Source: Octopus vulgaris
Lineage: Eukaryota
Reading direction: 5' to 3'
Assembly (NCBI GenBank): GCA_951406725.2
Contig: OX597816.1
Coordinates: forward strand, 101,804,001 to 101,868,000
Length of the DNA: 64,000 nt
Shown here piece after piece: positions 36,101-49,970 of this stretch (position 1 is the stretch's first letter; each line of letters starts with the position of its first letter). The translations under genes were made by a program, and so were the position numbers. The notes beneath the pieces are model-generated. The model did not search any database and was not told where the DNA came from. It worked only from the letters and a program-made list of their open reading frames with translations.

Positions 36101-39100
36101 AAAAGATATTTGGAATATCTCAAGAATTCAGTCAGATTTTTTAAACTTTTAAATGGAAGACAAATTTATATAATGGCAGCAGAGAAATGTTGCAAATAAA
36201 GAAATGAACAACCAAATATTCAAGGGAAAATAAAATCTCTTTGTTAACAAAAAGTTGGGACTTTGTCATTTTGTCTCAAAATAAACTTTGAAGTATATCA
36301 GCATGTTAATATTTTAACAAAACCTAAACAACCTGATCGTTGTTAACGATAACAAATTGGGAAACACTATCACATGTTAAACTACAAACAACACATCCAT
36401 AAATATATGGGTGCAACAGTGATCTCACAAAAGGGAACCTTCTTAGATGAAATGGAAACTAAACCTATGCAACAGTAATGACTACAACATAACTGCGAGG
36501 GTGTGTGTGTGTGTGTGTGTGTTTGCATTCAGGAATAGTTACTGGTATCTGGTGGCAGTGCAGAGGAGCAACAACAACAGACAAGTGGTATTGGTGTGAA
36601 GGGGGTTAAGGTAGAACAAACTTGCAACAAGGGAAGTAAGCAGAAATACAAGTAGCCAACGAAAATTGAAACGTTGCATAGGTAAAGTGAAGGTGATGCT
36701 GTTGGCAGCTGAACAATAGGTTAGTAAATATATTAGTTGCAATCTCAATGGGTATTGGTATTACTACTACTAACAATACTAAATAAGCAGCTTCTATACA
36801 TAAGGTAATTTCCATGCACAAATGTTAAAAGGCTATTCTGACATGTTAAGTGCATCAACAAAGGAATTTAGAGGAGTAGCAATTTGTAAAAATTGCCAGT
36901 TGTGATGGTGATAATGTTTAATTGTAAGTTATCTACAAATTGGTCAACAGCAACCACTAACAAGTGAGATGATTTATTTTGTATGTTAATGTATTTAAAT
37001 TCTGGAATGACTTTTTGGGAAGACGATTTTAATAAAGATGTTGAAAAATATGAAGTGATTTGTTCGAAAATCACAGAAAAATGTAAGAAAAACAGCTGGA
37101 ACATAAAAGCATATTTTGAGACACTAACAAAGCCCTTATAGATTATTATCACACAAATAGTGTATTTTCTGAGGTTTAACAGGAAACTTACCAGTGGAGT
37201 AAAGGTCCACAGAGGTGGCAGTTTACATTGATACAAATCAGAAAAACTGAATTTCAATCATAACATAAAATAACAAGAATAAATTCAGCTAAGAGATGTT
37301 TCATAGTTTTCAGTCAGAAGTAAAACATTGTGATAAAGTGCTGGGAAGACAAAATAAAATTCAGAATAAAAAATTGTTTAAATGACATTTTAAGGAAGAC
37401 ATTTACCCTCAAGTTTCAAAACTCAACATATGATAAATTATGACAAAATGCTTGTTATTTTTAACTTAATTACAGAAACTACAACTGAACAATTGTCTCT
37501 ATATGGATTCCTTTCTATAATTGAACTAATTCACAGAAGGATCACATCTTACTGGTGAAATAGAACAGTTTTAAAAATACCTATATTTAGGTCAGGATCT
37601 AATCTATACATCAATGTGAATGGAATTATACTAAAACAGTATCATGGCTAGGTTTTGAGGACCAGTTATGTGTTGGGTTCTTCATACTATCACACAGAAG
37701 ATTCACTCACTACACACATTGTCTTTGATAAGCAACCTTATTCACTTTTTCACTGAAACAAGTTAGAGATACTGCTGAAACATAACCACAATTTTTCCAC
37801 CATAGATGGCACCTAATGTTTAAATAAAAATTCCAAAAAGATTTATCAGAAGAACATATTCTTGAATTCTAAATCTACAGTTAAGACAAAACATGTAATA
37901 ATGGTTGAGGTTTTACTTGATAGCCATGTACAATAATAAAAGTAAGCAGATATAAAAAATTTAGGCATTATTACTACATATAACTAAAGTGGCAGGGCTG
38001 GGAGAGTGTAGTGTAGGCTTAATTATATGGAAAAGCTACTCAGCTAAAAACAAGCTGCAGTCATGACAGGTGACATTTCTAACTAAGAGAGAAATCCTTA
38101 GCTGTAAGTGAAACTTCATTTACAAACTAAGAAATTTATGTATACATACAGGGTTTGCTAATTGAGACATTACACACAACCAAGAAAAAAAAAATTCAAC
38201 ACAGGTACTTGACAAAGGAAGGTGTCTGTGCTGAAATGATTTAGCAATCAGCAAACCCCATACTAACCAAATTTCAGTAATTTCAATGAAAATACTGAAA
38301 TCTGTTTCACACTGTTAGCTAACCATCAATATTTAGAGACATATTTTTTTATCCAATGAATTAGAACTTAGTGTTGACAAAGTCATTAATGAATGGAAAA
38401 ACAGATGGTAGTTGTTATCTCTAGACAGAAGAAGCTAGTGTGATCTAATTAGTTAAATATAGATATTATATTAATTCACACTGATTCACATTTTGGTCAT
38501 CAATGTGGCTAAACATAATACTTAGTTGAAAAATAAGAAAATTCCAAAAATTTCAACAAGTACAACCATAGTATTCAAATGTCACAATTTGATGGGAAGA
38601 ACAAAGTTTAACAATGAAAACTAAATATGGAAGCACAGCAGCTACATTTATATATTGGGGAATGACAAATCAAGTGAAGCTACATGTAACAATTGAGAAT
38701 AGAAAAGTGATATTTCAAAAATGTTCAGCAATAAAAATATATTTGAAGGGGAGATAAATTTCATCAAAACTATAAATGCCTTCTTTTAAACATTTTCTTA
38801 CTTTTCCAACTAGCAATTATTGGTTTGACTAACATCTCTAGTGCAACAGAAAGTTGTGCAATTCAATGATGAGCTGGCAACAAAGGGAAAGCAGACTGCT
38901 AGAATGAAGCAGTTATCTCTACCAAGTGGAACCTGATGATGTGCTCTAATTGGCATATGTGCCTCATACTCATGGTGAAATCTTATGGAAGACAGAATAA
39001 CTTATCAAGTATTTTAGAGTGAAAATAAGAATTCAAATAAATTACTTCATCTAAGAATTTCACTGTATAAACCATGCTAAAAAAGCAATTATTTACAATT

Positions 39101-40337
39101 AACAAATCACAAGGTTAATGACACTAAATTTGTAAAACAAAATGGATTGTTTAAAAACAAACATACACAAGAGAAGTGTACTAACTAGATTTCTGGAACA
39201 CAAATTTAACATTGTACCAAAGCTATTATTTACTGATGTATGACATACTACATACATATATAACAGCCAGAGTGATACTAGTGTGGGAAAAGCAGGAGTT
39301 ATAAAGTATTAGAAACTTTCTATGAAAATTCTAGAACAGACCTAAATTCAGTAAACTACAACATAGACAATCAAAAGTTAATTTTTAAATACAATCTTTA
39401 GAAGAAATGTCTTCCAAGCTATGACTATGATGACACCATTGTAATCTTTCCAATAATCTATGTAAATAATGAGTGAAGGTTAAAGCAAAATCTAATTCTA
39501 CTGTTGATGACCATTCTAATATAGAATGGTAAGTCCAAAGCAAGGTTAATCATTTTAAATGTCAGCTTAGAAACAACAAATGATAATATACCAAAGGCAG
39601 CATTAAAGTGGTACACATGTGTAATACTTAACGAGGTTAACAACCCCAAATCTTTTCCTTTAGTAATACTGAACATTGTTAACATGGCATCAAGCAAAAC
39701 TATCAAATAACAGATGTTTAAAGAAAAGCATAATGAAATATATATGTGTGTGTGTATGTGAATGCATATAATGATTAGGGGAAACTTGAAGAAACATTTG
39801 AATATATATGTATATGTGTATAATGGAATAGCTTTGCTGTTTTGTAAGTGTTAGCAATATGAAGCGACACATATACATGTATTCATGTGCACACAAGCAT
39901 ACACAATCACACACACACACGTGCATATTTATCAACAAAAACACATAGATGAATGTCCATTATCAGTGTTTTTTGATTTAACATATAATTTAAATAGAAT
40001 AATATTACATTAACGATCTAACAAATACTCATGAAATTAAAAATCTGACAAACATCACTGCCTCACTACAGCAAATGAGAAAGATTTCCGAGACTAGTAT
40101 GATAAAAATATATAATCTTAAAGGACTACAGTTTTAACTGATTCAGTATCTGAATACTGAGCAACCAAAGCTAACCAACAACAAAGAAATTACTGAGTAT
40201 GAGGAATAATGAATAAGCTACTACAATAGAACTCATCCCACCCTCCCTCCAAAAGCTCCCACATGAAATAGTTGGTTTCAGTGTCTGCATGTATAAAACA
40301 CATGTACACACTTATGCAGAGAATATTCATTTGTGTG

Positions 40338-40377
<40 letters not shown>

Positions 40378-40960
40378 CACAAAACTTGTAAACATTGAAA
40401 AAAATCAAAAAAGTAAAATATATATAATAAAAGCAATAACAATTATTAGAATATCATCATCATCATTATTATTATTATTATTATTATTATCAGTATTATT
40501 ATGATTTTCCCTCAATGCTGACATTAACACTGCACCTCTTTTTTCATGGACATTTATTTTCCAACCACATCAGGATCACTGTAATAACAAAGTAAATGGC
40601 CAACTATAGAAATGATGTCTTTTGTTAACAAAAGTGAGACACAAAAGATTTTTCATTTCATGTCCACTGGCTTGTGTATTTTCAAATGTGTTGGCAACAG
40701 TAGAAATGGTGGCAATTAATGGTCATCTCTGATTCACACAACCAATCATTATGATGTAGAAGTCTTTAGTGGATGGTAAGGAAGGTGGGATGGTATGGGT
40801 TGATTGGGGTTGGGACAACAAGACACTGCATTGGAATGTTGTTCATGTTAACATTCACACTACCTTCACATTCGTTCAAGCAGTTCAAGTCTCATTCATT
40901 TCACTCAGTTTCCATTCATCTAACTCTCCAATTGTAGTAATGAAAATAATATTAATTATA

Positions 40961-40995
<35 letters not shown>

Positions 40996-41020
40996 TATAA
41001 CAACAGTTCAGATATCAATC
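33110..41020 (-). other. Putative ~7.9-kb 3' UTR of the myomegalin-like gene
   Basis: No recognisable SINE/LINE, U-rich on the sense strand, ending at AATAAA (33136-33131) followed by a GU/U-rich downstream element (gtgagttgtgttttcttttt). Confidence 0.6.
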
Positions 41021-41100
41021 CTAAGACAGCTGCGATGTTGTGGGTGTCTGCTCAATTCTTGTTTCTGTATTGGTCTTGAAGATATTCTCTGTCTCTCTAA
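41021..41100 (-). CDS. PDE4DIP: Myomegalin/CDK5RAP2-like last coding exon (divergent CM2 end)
   Basis: cttag|TT AGA GAG...TCT TAG; (I)RETENIFKTNTETRIEQTPTTSQLS*; positionally equivalent to LTRTHDVLKKARTNLE. Confidence 0.75.
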
Positions 41101-41469
41101 CTAAGAGGGTGAAAGAAAGAAAGGAAACAATTGTTAGGTAACAATATAAAAAAAAGCCAAGACAAAAACATATAAATGATAAGTAAACGAAAGAAATAAG
41201 ATATAATTCTAGTGGCTGTCATCAGGTTGAAAGTGAGGTAGTCTCCTCAAGCAAGTCAGTGTGAGCAGTTACAGAAACAGTAGAGTGATGGACTAAATTA
41301 CGTATTTAAATTTTGGACACTGTACATTCTGAATTCAAACATAACTGAATCTATCCTCTGACACAAAACATTGCATTAACAAATCCCATAACTCCTTGGA
41401 GGTCATTGGGGTGCTGCAGCCATGCAGCATATCTAGAGTGTGAAAGCCTGGTAAAGCCCATCCCTCCTC

Positions 41470-41622
41470 AGGCTAAACTTATTTGCACAGCTGAGTGAAT
41501 TGGAGTAATGTAAAATGAAGTGTTTTGCTCAAGAACACAATGGATCATCAGGTCCAGAGATTGAAACCACAATCTTACGGTCGTGAATCCAACACACTAA
41601 CCATTAAGTGATGCGCCTCCAC
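41470..41622 (-). mobile_element. tRNA-derived SINE (12004 family) in last intron
   Basis: Reverse complement of the 12004-12135 head and core. Confidence 0.7.
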
Positions 41623-41881
41623 TAATACTGAATCACTCTTCTACAAATATGCAGTTTATTACCAATCTGAGAAATTACTACTTAGTGATAATGTAGTGTA
41701 TTTAACAGAGTATCAAATAAGGTTCTAGTTGAGGTCAGTTCACTTCAATTATTATTACTGTTAATCTTCTTGAGCATCAGATATATATTTGACCTGCCTC
41801 AGAAATCACTACAATTAATGCATATGGTGACCCCTACCAAAAGCCTATATTAATGAGAGTTTAGAAAGGTAGAAAACATAC

Positions 41882-42002
41882 TATGCCACAGTAGATCATC
41901 TTCAACATGTGTTGGACCATTCTCCTCCGCAGTTCGTAATTTCTCTGGAGAATTAAGATATCTGTTCTGGATTTCACTTATTTCTGTCATTAAGACTTCA
42001 TT
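41882..42002 (-). CDS. PDE4DIP: Myomegalin/CDK5RAP2-like penultimate exon
   Basis: tgcag|AAT GAA GTC...CAT A|gtatgt; NEVLMTEISEIQNRY...EDDLLWH; phase 0/1. Confidence 0.8.
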
Positions 42003-43206
42003 CTGCAGACAAATGAAATAAACCAATAAAGTGGAAATACAAAAATCTCAATACAGGATGCCAAAAGGTTTTATTTATTTATTTATTTTTAATAGAAAAC
42101 AATACAAAACTGAGTGCAGTGGATAGGTATTGGTTTCAGCACTTTATGTTCTGAGTTCAAATCTCACCCAAGTCCATTTTATCTTTATTCTTCTGAAGTC
42201 AATAAAATAAAGTACTAATCAAATACCAGAATTGATATTATTGACTGTTTCCTTTCCAAAATTTGAGGTTTCATGCCTCTGTAAGAAATCAATATTGAGT
42301 AAAAGTTTGATGAGGAAAGAAACCATAGACAGTTGGCTGCAGCTCAATTCTGCCTCGGATAAGTCAGTTGCATTTCTTTCTATCTTCTGTTCAATTACAT
42401 GCCTTTCATCTCATTGGAATTGATAAATGTAATGTAAAGTGGACTTGTGTCTAAGTAGGAAATCAATATTCTTCAGTAGTAGGAGAGAAAGAGAAATGAC
42501 AAGTGGACAAAGTCATTACTAAATACATATGCACACACATTGAAGCTGCATAATGCAACCACTTAGATCGCAGAAAAGAAAAAATAAACCAAAAACATAA
42601 CATCATACTGCCACCATCACCAGTCATAAATTTACACTGTCACCCCTCCCTTGTAATTTTATGATTCCCTTAACTTTGGGATTTGTTTTGGTGCTGTTCT
42701 TAGTGTATTGTAAATAAATAAAATGACAGGTAGCATCTAGTTTTCTTTTCCAGCAGCACATAGGACAGTCTGAACTCAGCATTTCTTAATTACCAAGAGT
42801 ACCTATATAGAGAGCTAAGCTACATCTCAGCATGAGACCTACTCACATATAGATAAGCTAGATCATTGAGAGTCAAGGATTTTAATAAGACACACAATGC
42901 AATATTACATATAAAAAAATACTCCTTTGACTTGCAGTCTGATATTATAAAAAAACATGGCCAGTTGTAAATCGGTCCAGCAAAAAAAAAAAAAAAAGGT
43001 AATTCTACAATTGTTCCCCCTCCAAAGATTACAGATTATAAGCTGGTGAAGAATTAAAGCTTTTTTTCATGAATTATTTAATGATAAAAAAAAATCTATA
43101 ATTATATTTATAGGATCAAGGAATGTTTTAAACCTTATAATAAATGTTGCACAAATCAAATTATTTTTGTCTCTTTATTTTTTCATCAAAATTTGAGAGA
43201 TCTTAC

Positions 43207-43365
43207 CTTCTTGTTTTGCAATAATTTGGACATCTGCCCTTTCTTGTAACGAGCCGGAAGTTGTGATAACCAGAAATTGCCAATAAGACGACTTTCTTCA
43301 TTCAAGCAGACATTCAAATTATTAACCAGAAGTGATAATTCACGTAAAATACTGTACTCTGCATT
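43207..43365 (-). CDS. PDE4DIP: Myomegalin/CDK5RAP2-like exon
   Basis: tgcag|AAT GCA...AAG|gtaaga; LNEESRLIGNFWLSQLP aligns with myomegalin LEESASLLTMFWRAALP. Confidence 0.87.
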
Positions 43366-44567
43366 CTGCAACAAAGTGGACAGTGAAAGACAAATAAATA
43401 ACAGCTTTTATATTCATATAACTATGTTCAGATAAGTTTATCATTAATATGTAGTTAATGCTAAGCTACAAATACAACATTGACATTTTGTTGGTATTTT
43501 CGTTGATACAAAATCTTTTGGAGCACTACTATGTATCTAAAGGTAAGCCAGCTTAGTTGAGCCCATCTTTCTTCATGATATACCGGGGAGGATGTTGAAT
43601 ACAGTATTGTAACCCAACAAAACACTTGCAGTTATTACACATAACAGGATAGATTGGGCTGTTGAGAATTAGTTATGTAGGCTATAGACACAGCAGGATC
43701 TGAGGAAACGGTGTCAGCAAATAGTAAATACAATCAGTTAGTGGTTTAGGGGAAGAGAAGTTTGATATTTTATGCAGGATGCTGCATTAAAGAGATAACA
43801 AAGGAGTGTATCCAAAACATCAAACTTTTCCTCAGGACAAATCAAGTTATTGGTGAAATGTATTCATTTAGTATATCAATTTGATTAAATTTTGATAAAA
43901 TATACTGATGACATTAACTTAATCTATTTCTACTCATCTTTAATTATTAATAAGGAAAAGGAAGAGAGAAACAAATTAAAGTACTAATTACCTTGTATAG
44001 CTGTGGTGGTAATGAAGGAATGGAAAAGAAATGGAAAGAAAACAAGGTTAATGTTGGTTTGTTTACATTTAAAAGAGAACTTCAAAGAAAATACATTTAA
44101 AAATACAGTAGTGTCTCATATACAACATAATGTGATGAAAAATTAAGAAAGGCCCAGAGGAAAATTAACAGGACATATTCACCAGGGATGCAACAGAAAT
44201 GAATCCAAAGACCTAGTCTTGGGTGATGTGACAGTGCAAATAAAAGGATAATAGCTACGAACTACAAATGTCCATAGAGCTGGTGCTTGTCTTTGGCTTC
44301 TATTATGTCAGACACAAGTCTCTTGTAAGTAACACTTTCAGTAACATTAGGTACCAATTCCTATATAGGTAACCAAATTGAGACAACGAAAAGTTAAATG
44401 TTCCATTCAGTCATAACATGATGCCTAATGACTTGATAGTTTGAGACAATTTCCATCTGTTTCTTGAGACAAGGAACCTAGAAAAATTTTAAAACAATTT
44501 TCATTCCCTACACATTGACAATAACATCCCACAGTAAATTATGAAAGATCAGAGAAACTGTACATAC

Positions 44568-44740
44568 CTCAGTACTTGCATGAGATTTGTGAACCTTGAT
44601 GCGGTCATGCAATCGGGCTTGTAAGTTACGAACTACACATGACATCTCACCATTTTCTTTACGCAATAGCTCATAGTCATCCAGTTTACCAATAGCAAAT
44701 AAGGAACGAAGATCTGAGCTAATACGCACTGGTGAATTTG
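44568..44740 (-). CDS. PDE4DIP: Myomegalin/CDK5RAP2-like exon (start of conserved C-terminal region)
   Basis: tatag|CA AAT...GAG|gtatgt; FAIGKLDDYELLRKEN aligns with myomegalin VIGHIDDYSALREQI. Confidence 0.87.
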
Positions 44741-45589
44741 CTATAGAAATAGAAACAAAAAAATATAGTCAAAAGGAATTTCACTCAATGTAGAAAGCTG
44801 CTGCAGTAATACAGTTATTATTGATTGATTAAATTTCAAAACAGTGGGTTCTAAAGCTTAAGCCCCCAACAAGATTGTTCATTCCATCCAGAGAAGTTTG
44901 GTTGCAAAGTGAACTTTGATATTATGGAAAGGTAGAAACACTAGGATGCCAGAAGGAATGTCTTGTGATATCTAAATACATTCTTTTATGTTCTGGCTCC
45001 AAAACCTGATGAGGCTGTCTTTTTTTCCATTTTTTCTGAGTTAATAGAATTAAGCGTTGAGGTTAATTTAATTAATTGTTCCCACCCTATAAATGTGTGC
45101 CTTTCTGCCAAAGTTGGAAATCAGTTTTACAGTAGGTAGCAGTTGAATACTAGAGTTGATATAATCAACATTTCCTTTCACAAACTTTCTATCTTTGAAA
45201 ACCAATATTATAGTAAACTGGCAGTGGAAGTGTATTTTTTAGGACTACATTATCCAATGCGTCCTACTTTTCTAAGCTAGTGGGGTGTAATTTGATGGAA
45301 ATTTGGCAGCTATTTCTATTTAGCTGCACAACCACACAGATTTGCTCATTGACATGTTTGGAGACAATGTAGTTGATGGAGAGTCAAAGTACTTTCTGAC
45401 ATTCCAATTTCCTGCTTGATAACTCCACCTAAGCTAACTCTAAATCTTTTATCCAACCCTTTCCGAATCAATAAACACCAGCAATCAAACTAATCAGCTG
45501 AACTCTGTTCCCAAAAGGCCTTGGAATCTACAACCCAGTTCAATTCCTGGTTGAAAGAGCCTCTTGCTTTCTGTTTTAGACTCATAACC

Positions 45590-45795
45590 ATTACTTGTAA
45601 CCATTAAGAATGCAACCACATAAAAAGCACCCAGTCCACTCTGTAAAGTGGTTGGCAATGGGAAGGGCATCTAGCAATAAAATCCATGACAAAGCAGAGT
45701 GGAACATCATGCAGTCTCCTGGCTTACCAGCTTTTGCCAAGCTGTCCAACCCATGCCAGTATGGAAATGAGATTATTAAATGATGATGATGATGC
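45590..45795 (+). mobile_element. RTE 3'-tail fragment
   Basis: cacataaaaagcaccc...ggaagggcatc...ccaacccatgccag...(GAT)n. Confidence 0.7.
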
Positions 45796-46504
45796 TGTGT
45801 TTGGAATTTTTTCCATTTGTACATTACCTTCAAATTAATAAAGAAAGGATATCTTGTGATTTTTATGCTATTCCAAGGTCAATAACAACATAAATAAAAT
45901 GCAATAATAAAAATCAAGTTGAGGACTGAGATCAGCAGAGGTTTATATCACCTTTACTTGTCAAATTAAACTACAATGTCGAAGTAATGTTTTACATTGA
46001 AAATGTTGCACAATGACATACCAGCATGTAACAATGATTCTGTATTACAATGTGACAGTAGTATTAAAGTGTGCAATGTAAAACTAATCCATCAAATAAA
46101 TTCCACATTTTATAGGGAATGTGAATAGCCAGTTTAGTCTACTACAATCTATTACTAATAATTGCTTTAGATCAAAATTGACATTGATGGGAACAACCAA
46201 ATTGGGTTGCACACTTAGCTCATTAGGAACCTATCTCTTACTTTAGATAATCATAATAAAGTTTGTGACAGAGAAACAACACAGTCTGCAGTGACATATG
46301 ACCTCTCAGTTACATGACGCAGGGGCATAATATATTTCTGATGTGAAATGTAATCCTACCCCAAATCAAGTGACACAACACATTGCTCACAAGAGTAGGA
46401 CATGACCTACTTACATGTCAGCCATATTGACCTACTTACATGTCAGTTAAGTCAGACAAGAATTGAAGTAAATTGTGGGGAATTAATGTAAAAAAACAAA
46501 TTAC

Positions 46505-46660
46505 CAGGACTGCCAGGTGGGTCAAATGACCAGTATGTGATATGATCCTTAGCTAAGGAGAGAGATGCTGGCCAAGTATAGGCCACACTACTTTTATGTA
46601 ACATATCTTCTGTCCACTTGACATCCTTGCTGCCATTGTTTGATTGGTCATTTTCTAATT
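46505..46660 (-). CDS. PDE4DIP: Myomegalin/CDK5RAP2-like exon
   Basis: atcag|AA TTA GAA...CCT G|gtaatt; 156 nt, phase 1/1. Confidence 0.78.
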
Positions 46661-48081
46661 CTGATAATAAAAAAAGAAAAATACAGACATTACACACATA
46701 AATCTGAAGATTACTAAAAATCAATATAGTAAAAAAATTTTTTTTAATTTGCATTGGACAAAGAAAAATAGAGACTTTAACCATTATCAAATCTTCATTT
46801 TAACAGAGACACCGTTACTCTCATATTGTCACACCTTCACTTTAACATAGGAGCAAACATAGCTATGTGGATATGAAGTTCACTTTGTAACCACATAGTT
46901 TTGAGTTCAATCGCGCTGTGTGGTACCTTGGTCAAGTATCTACCACTACAGCTCCAAACTGACCAATGTCTTCTGAGTAGAACTGATAGATGGAAACTGT
47001 ATTGTGTGTTCATTTCTTTTTTTTTTTGCATGTTATTTCATTATTGACCTTCTATATAAACAAAGCTATATCCTTTAATTTATTGCTGTTCTTTACATGA
47101 AATGAGAAGATACATTGCAGAACAGTTATTTTAATGAGTTATATCTATTTGTCACCCAAAGAGACACATCTGCACTGTTAGATGCTCCTGAACCAGTTAA
47201 GTATCCAGCCTAGATGTGTTGAAACAATTGTAGTGATTAATCAACATTCTTGTATCTTCTGTCTCTTATTTACCACACACACACATTTGGGTGCATGTAT
47301 TTGTGTCTATGAATATTTACATTTTACATATTTGCATGGAACTGAGTGAAAAGGAAACAGTAATGTTATGTTGACATTCCCTGTTAACAAATTGTCCTAT
47401 AGCTCTTCATTTTTGAAGACAAGTGGAATAAAGTTATGGGTTAACAATAAGAAGGACAGCTGGTTGAAAAATAAAATCTTGATAATGGGTCTTCATCCAA
47501 CCTATGCTAGCATGGAGAAAGAGATGTAAAATGAACAAACATACAAACAGAAACTTTCCCTCTGATATTCGCTTTCATATTGACTTTTAATAAACACCTT
47601 TATTATAACACAGTCATAACTTCATAGTAATACCATCATATTCTTTCAAACAAATCAATAATGTATGCTTAATTTTAAAAGTTTGTTGTTATATCAGATC
47701 CATAAATTATAAGGTATTTTAACCAGCTATATTCTACATGTTTCATGTCCAAACTGGTCAGATCTGGCCTCTCACACCTACCCTAAAATGTAATTCTAAA
47801 AATATAGTCACATAATTGTAATTGCAAAGCTACAAGATAATGCATGACTAATTCAAAACAATGTGAATAAATAAGCATTACATTTGACAAAGCAATCTGA
47901 ATTCTAAAGGGCTAAATTTTAGTGTCATTAAGTGGAAAGTTTTAGAAATTACAAGGTATTGAACAGAAGTAATGATTATTTATCCACTCAGTGGCATGTT
48001 CCAATTATTTTCAAAACTATACACATTACAAATGGGTGGTCATTTTTACAGAATACTGAACAGAAAGCTTATAAGTCTCAC

Positions 48082-48369
48082 CTTTCTGCAAGTTATCAGA
48101 ACCATTTGATTGTCCATTGGGTAGACTAGAGTTTGTACTACCAGCCTCATCACAACTGTCTATTTGTAAGGGTTTTAAACTATTGGTAACATCATCATTC
48201 ATAGCATTAGTTAACTGGGAGCCAAAGAGATTACGAGATAATGATTGGTTAGAGTGCTGGGCTACTGGGGGTGATGATGAAGAGTCAATAATATCAATTG
48301 TCTGCTTCAACAATTCAGAAGTGTTGTTGCCGTAGCTGGAAGCTAACTCACTGTCTCCACTCCCATGGG
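48082..48369 (-). CDS. PDE4DIP: Myomegalin/CDK5RAP2-like exon
   Basis: tgcag|CC CAT GGG...AAA G|gtgaga; 288 nt, phase 1/1, open frame. Confidence 0.8.
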
Positions 48370-49637
48370 CTGCAAAGAAAAGGATGCAAATGTCAATGTC
48401 ACATTTAAAAAAGAATTTAGATTTAAGAATACATATTTACTATTTCTACATGAATACACCAGTTACAACATCAAGCATTTATCTGACAATTTTAGTTAAA
48501 AAAGAGAATAGTAAAGTCTAGAAGATAACCACTCGACTGATAGGCATTAAATTACAAGCTATTGCTACTGTAAAAGCATCTATTCCTCGAAGCTGGTTAC
48601 TCTATCTTCTCCATTCAGGCATCCCTTGCTCATTCATTTATCAAGCTTTCATCATCATTACCTCCAACCTACACTAGCTACTATGCCAAGATCTTTCATC
48701 CCAGAACATTAGCCTTCTGGAATGTTCCCCTCATCCATGTCTTTCATACTAGTGTTGACCTGCAACAGCTTAAACTTTAGTGACATCAAGCCTTGAAGGG
48801 CCTGCAAGTTTTATTCACTAAAACAAGGGAGTTTCTATGTTATTGCTTGACCTACAACAAGTGGCAGCTAAATCTCCTTCAAATCACATTCTACTGCATC
48901 AGAACTAACCAAAAGTTAAACAATAACAACACTCCATTAGATATATTTATATATTCTCTGAAACAATTCAAACAGATCTATATAAAATCAACAATAAAAT
49001 GCTAGCCTCAAAAGAAAATCAGTTTATGACAAGTGACAAGTTTTTTTTGACTTGACTGACTTTACAAACTCTCAACATTTGTAAAGTACAGATGTACTTG
49101 ACTGAAACAACATTAGTGTAATATATGTATTTTGTAGACTGCACAGGGACTACAAAGTCAGTCTCTGTGAAAGCTAAACTCAGAGCAATGTAATGCTAAA
49201 CTATTTTCAATAAAAAATTAGACCAATTTTCTGTCTCAGCCATCTTTAACTCTTTTACAATATTAATCAATTTCATTTGGAGAATACAAATAAAGAGACA
49301 TTGTGCAGTTAAGGTGCTTGGCTATGGATCACAGGGTCATTGGTTTAAAAGTTACAATAGCCAATGTATTGTTTATTGCAACAATGTATCTAATCACTTA
49401 TGTTCAAACTTTGCTTCTATCAAATCAGTATAACTAAGTTTAGCAGTAGAAAGAGGCTTGTTGGACAGCTGGTTAAAGAAATGTCTACTTCAACAATTTA
49501 AATACAAATGTTCCAAATTACAATAACCACGCTACATGTGTCTGATGTGGAAAAAAATACATGAAATACGTAGAGGAAAATATGACAAAAGTGGTGAGAG
49601 AGTAGGGTGAAACGTGGAAAAAAAAATGAAGCCTCAC

Positions 49638-49970
49638 CTGAATCCACTTGCTGTTCATCATCAGATGGTTGTAATCTTCCTAGTTCTAACTGTGTTTGAA
49701 CACCAGATGACAGATTACTTGTCTTCTTTGACTCACTGGTGGTCAAATTGCTCTTGTTACTCTTGCTCTCAAGCTGACAAGAGTTGACCAAACTGAGATT
49801 CAGGGAAGTATTGGTGGTCGACAAGCAGGAGATATTGTTTGATACAAGCAATTCTTCCAGCTTTCGACGCAGGATATTGTTGGTGTTAATACAGCGTTCC
49901 ATTGATTTACGGAGATTTCGTAACTCAGCAAGGAACTCACGAATGTCAAACTTCTTGGATTTGCCTGGTA
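49638..49970 (-). CDS. PDE4DIP: Myomegalin/CDK5RAP2-like exon
   Basis: tccag|TA CCA GGC...TCA G|gtgagg; DIREFLAELRNLRKSMERCINTNNILRRKLEELL resembles the myomegalin L..LR..LE.SI..N..LR..LE coil. Confidence 0.85.

Noticed and set aside
33306-40408. Short minus-strand ORFs rich in F/L/I/Y
   Set aside because: Compositional artefacts of U-rich sequence and microsatellites.
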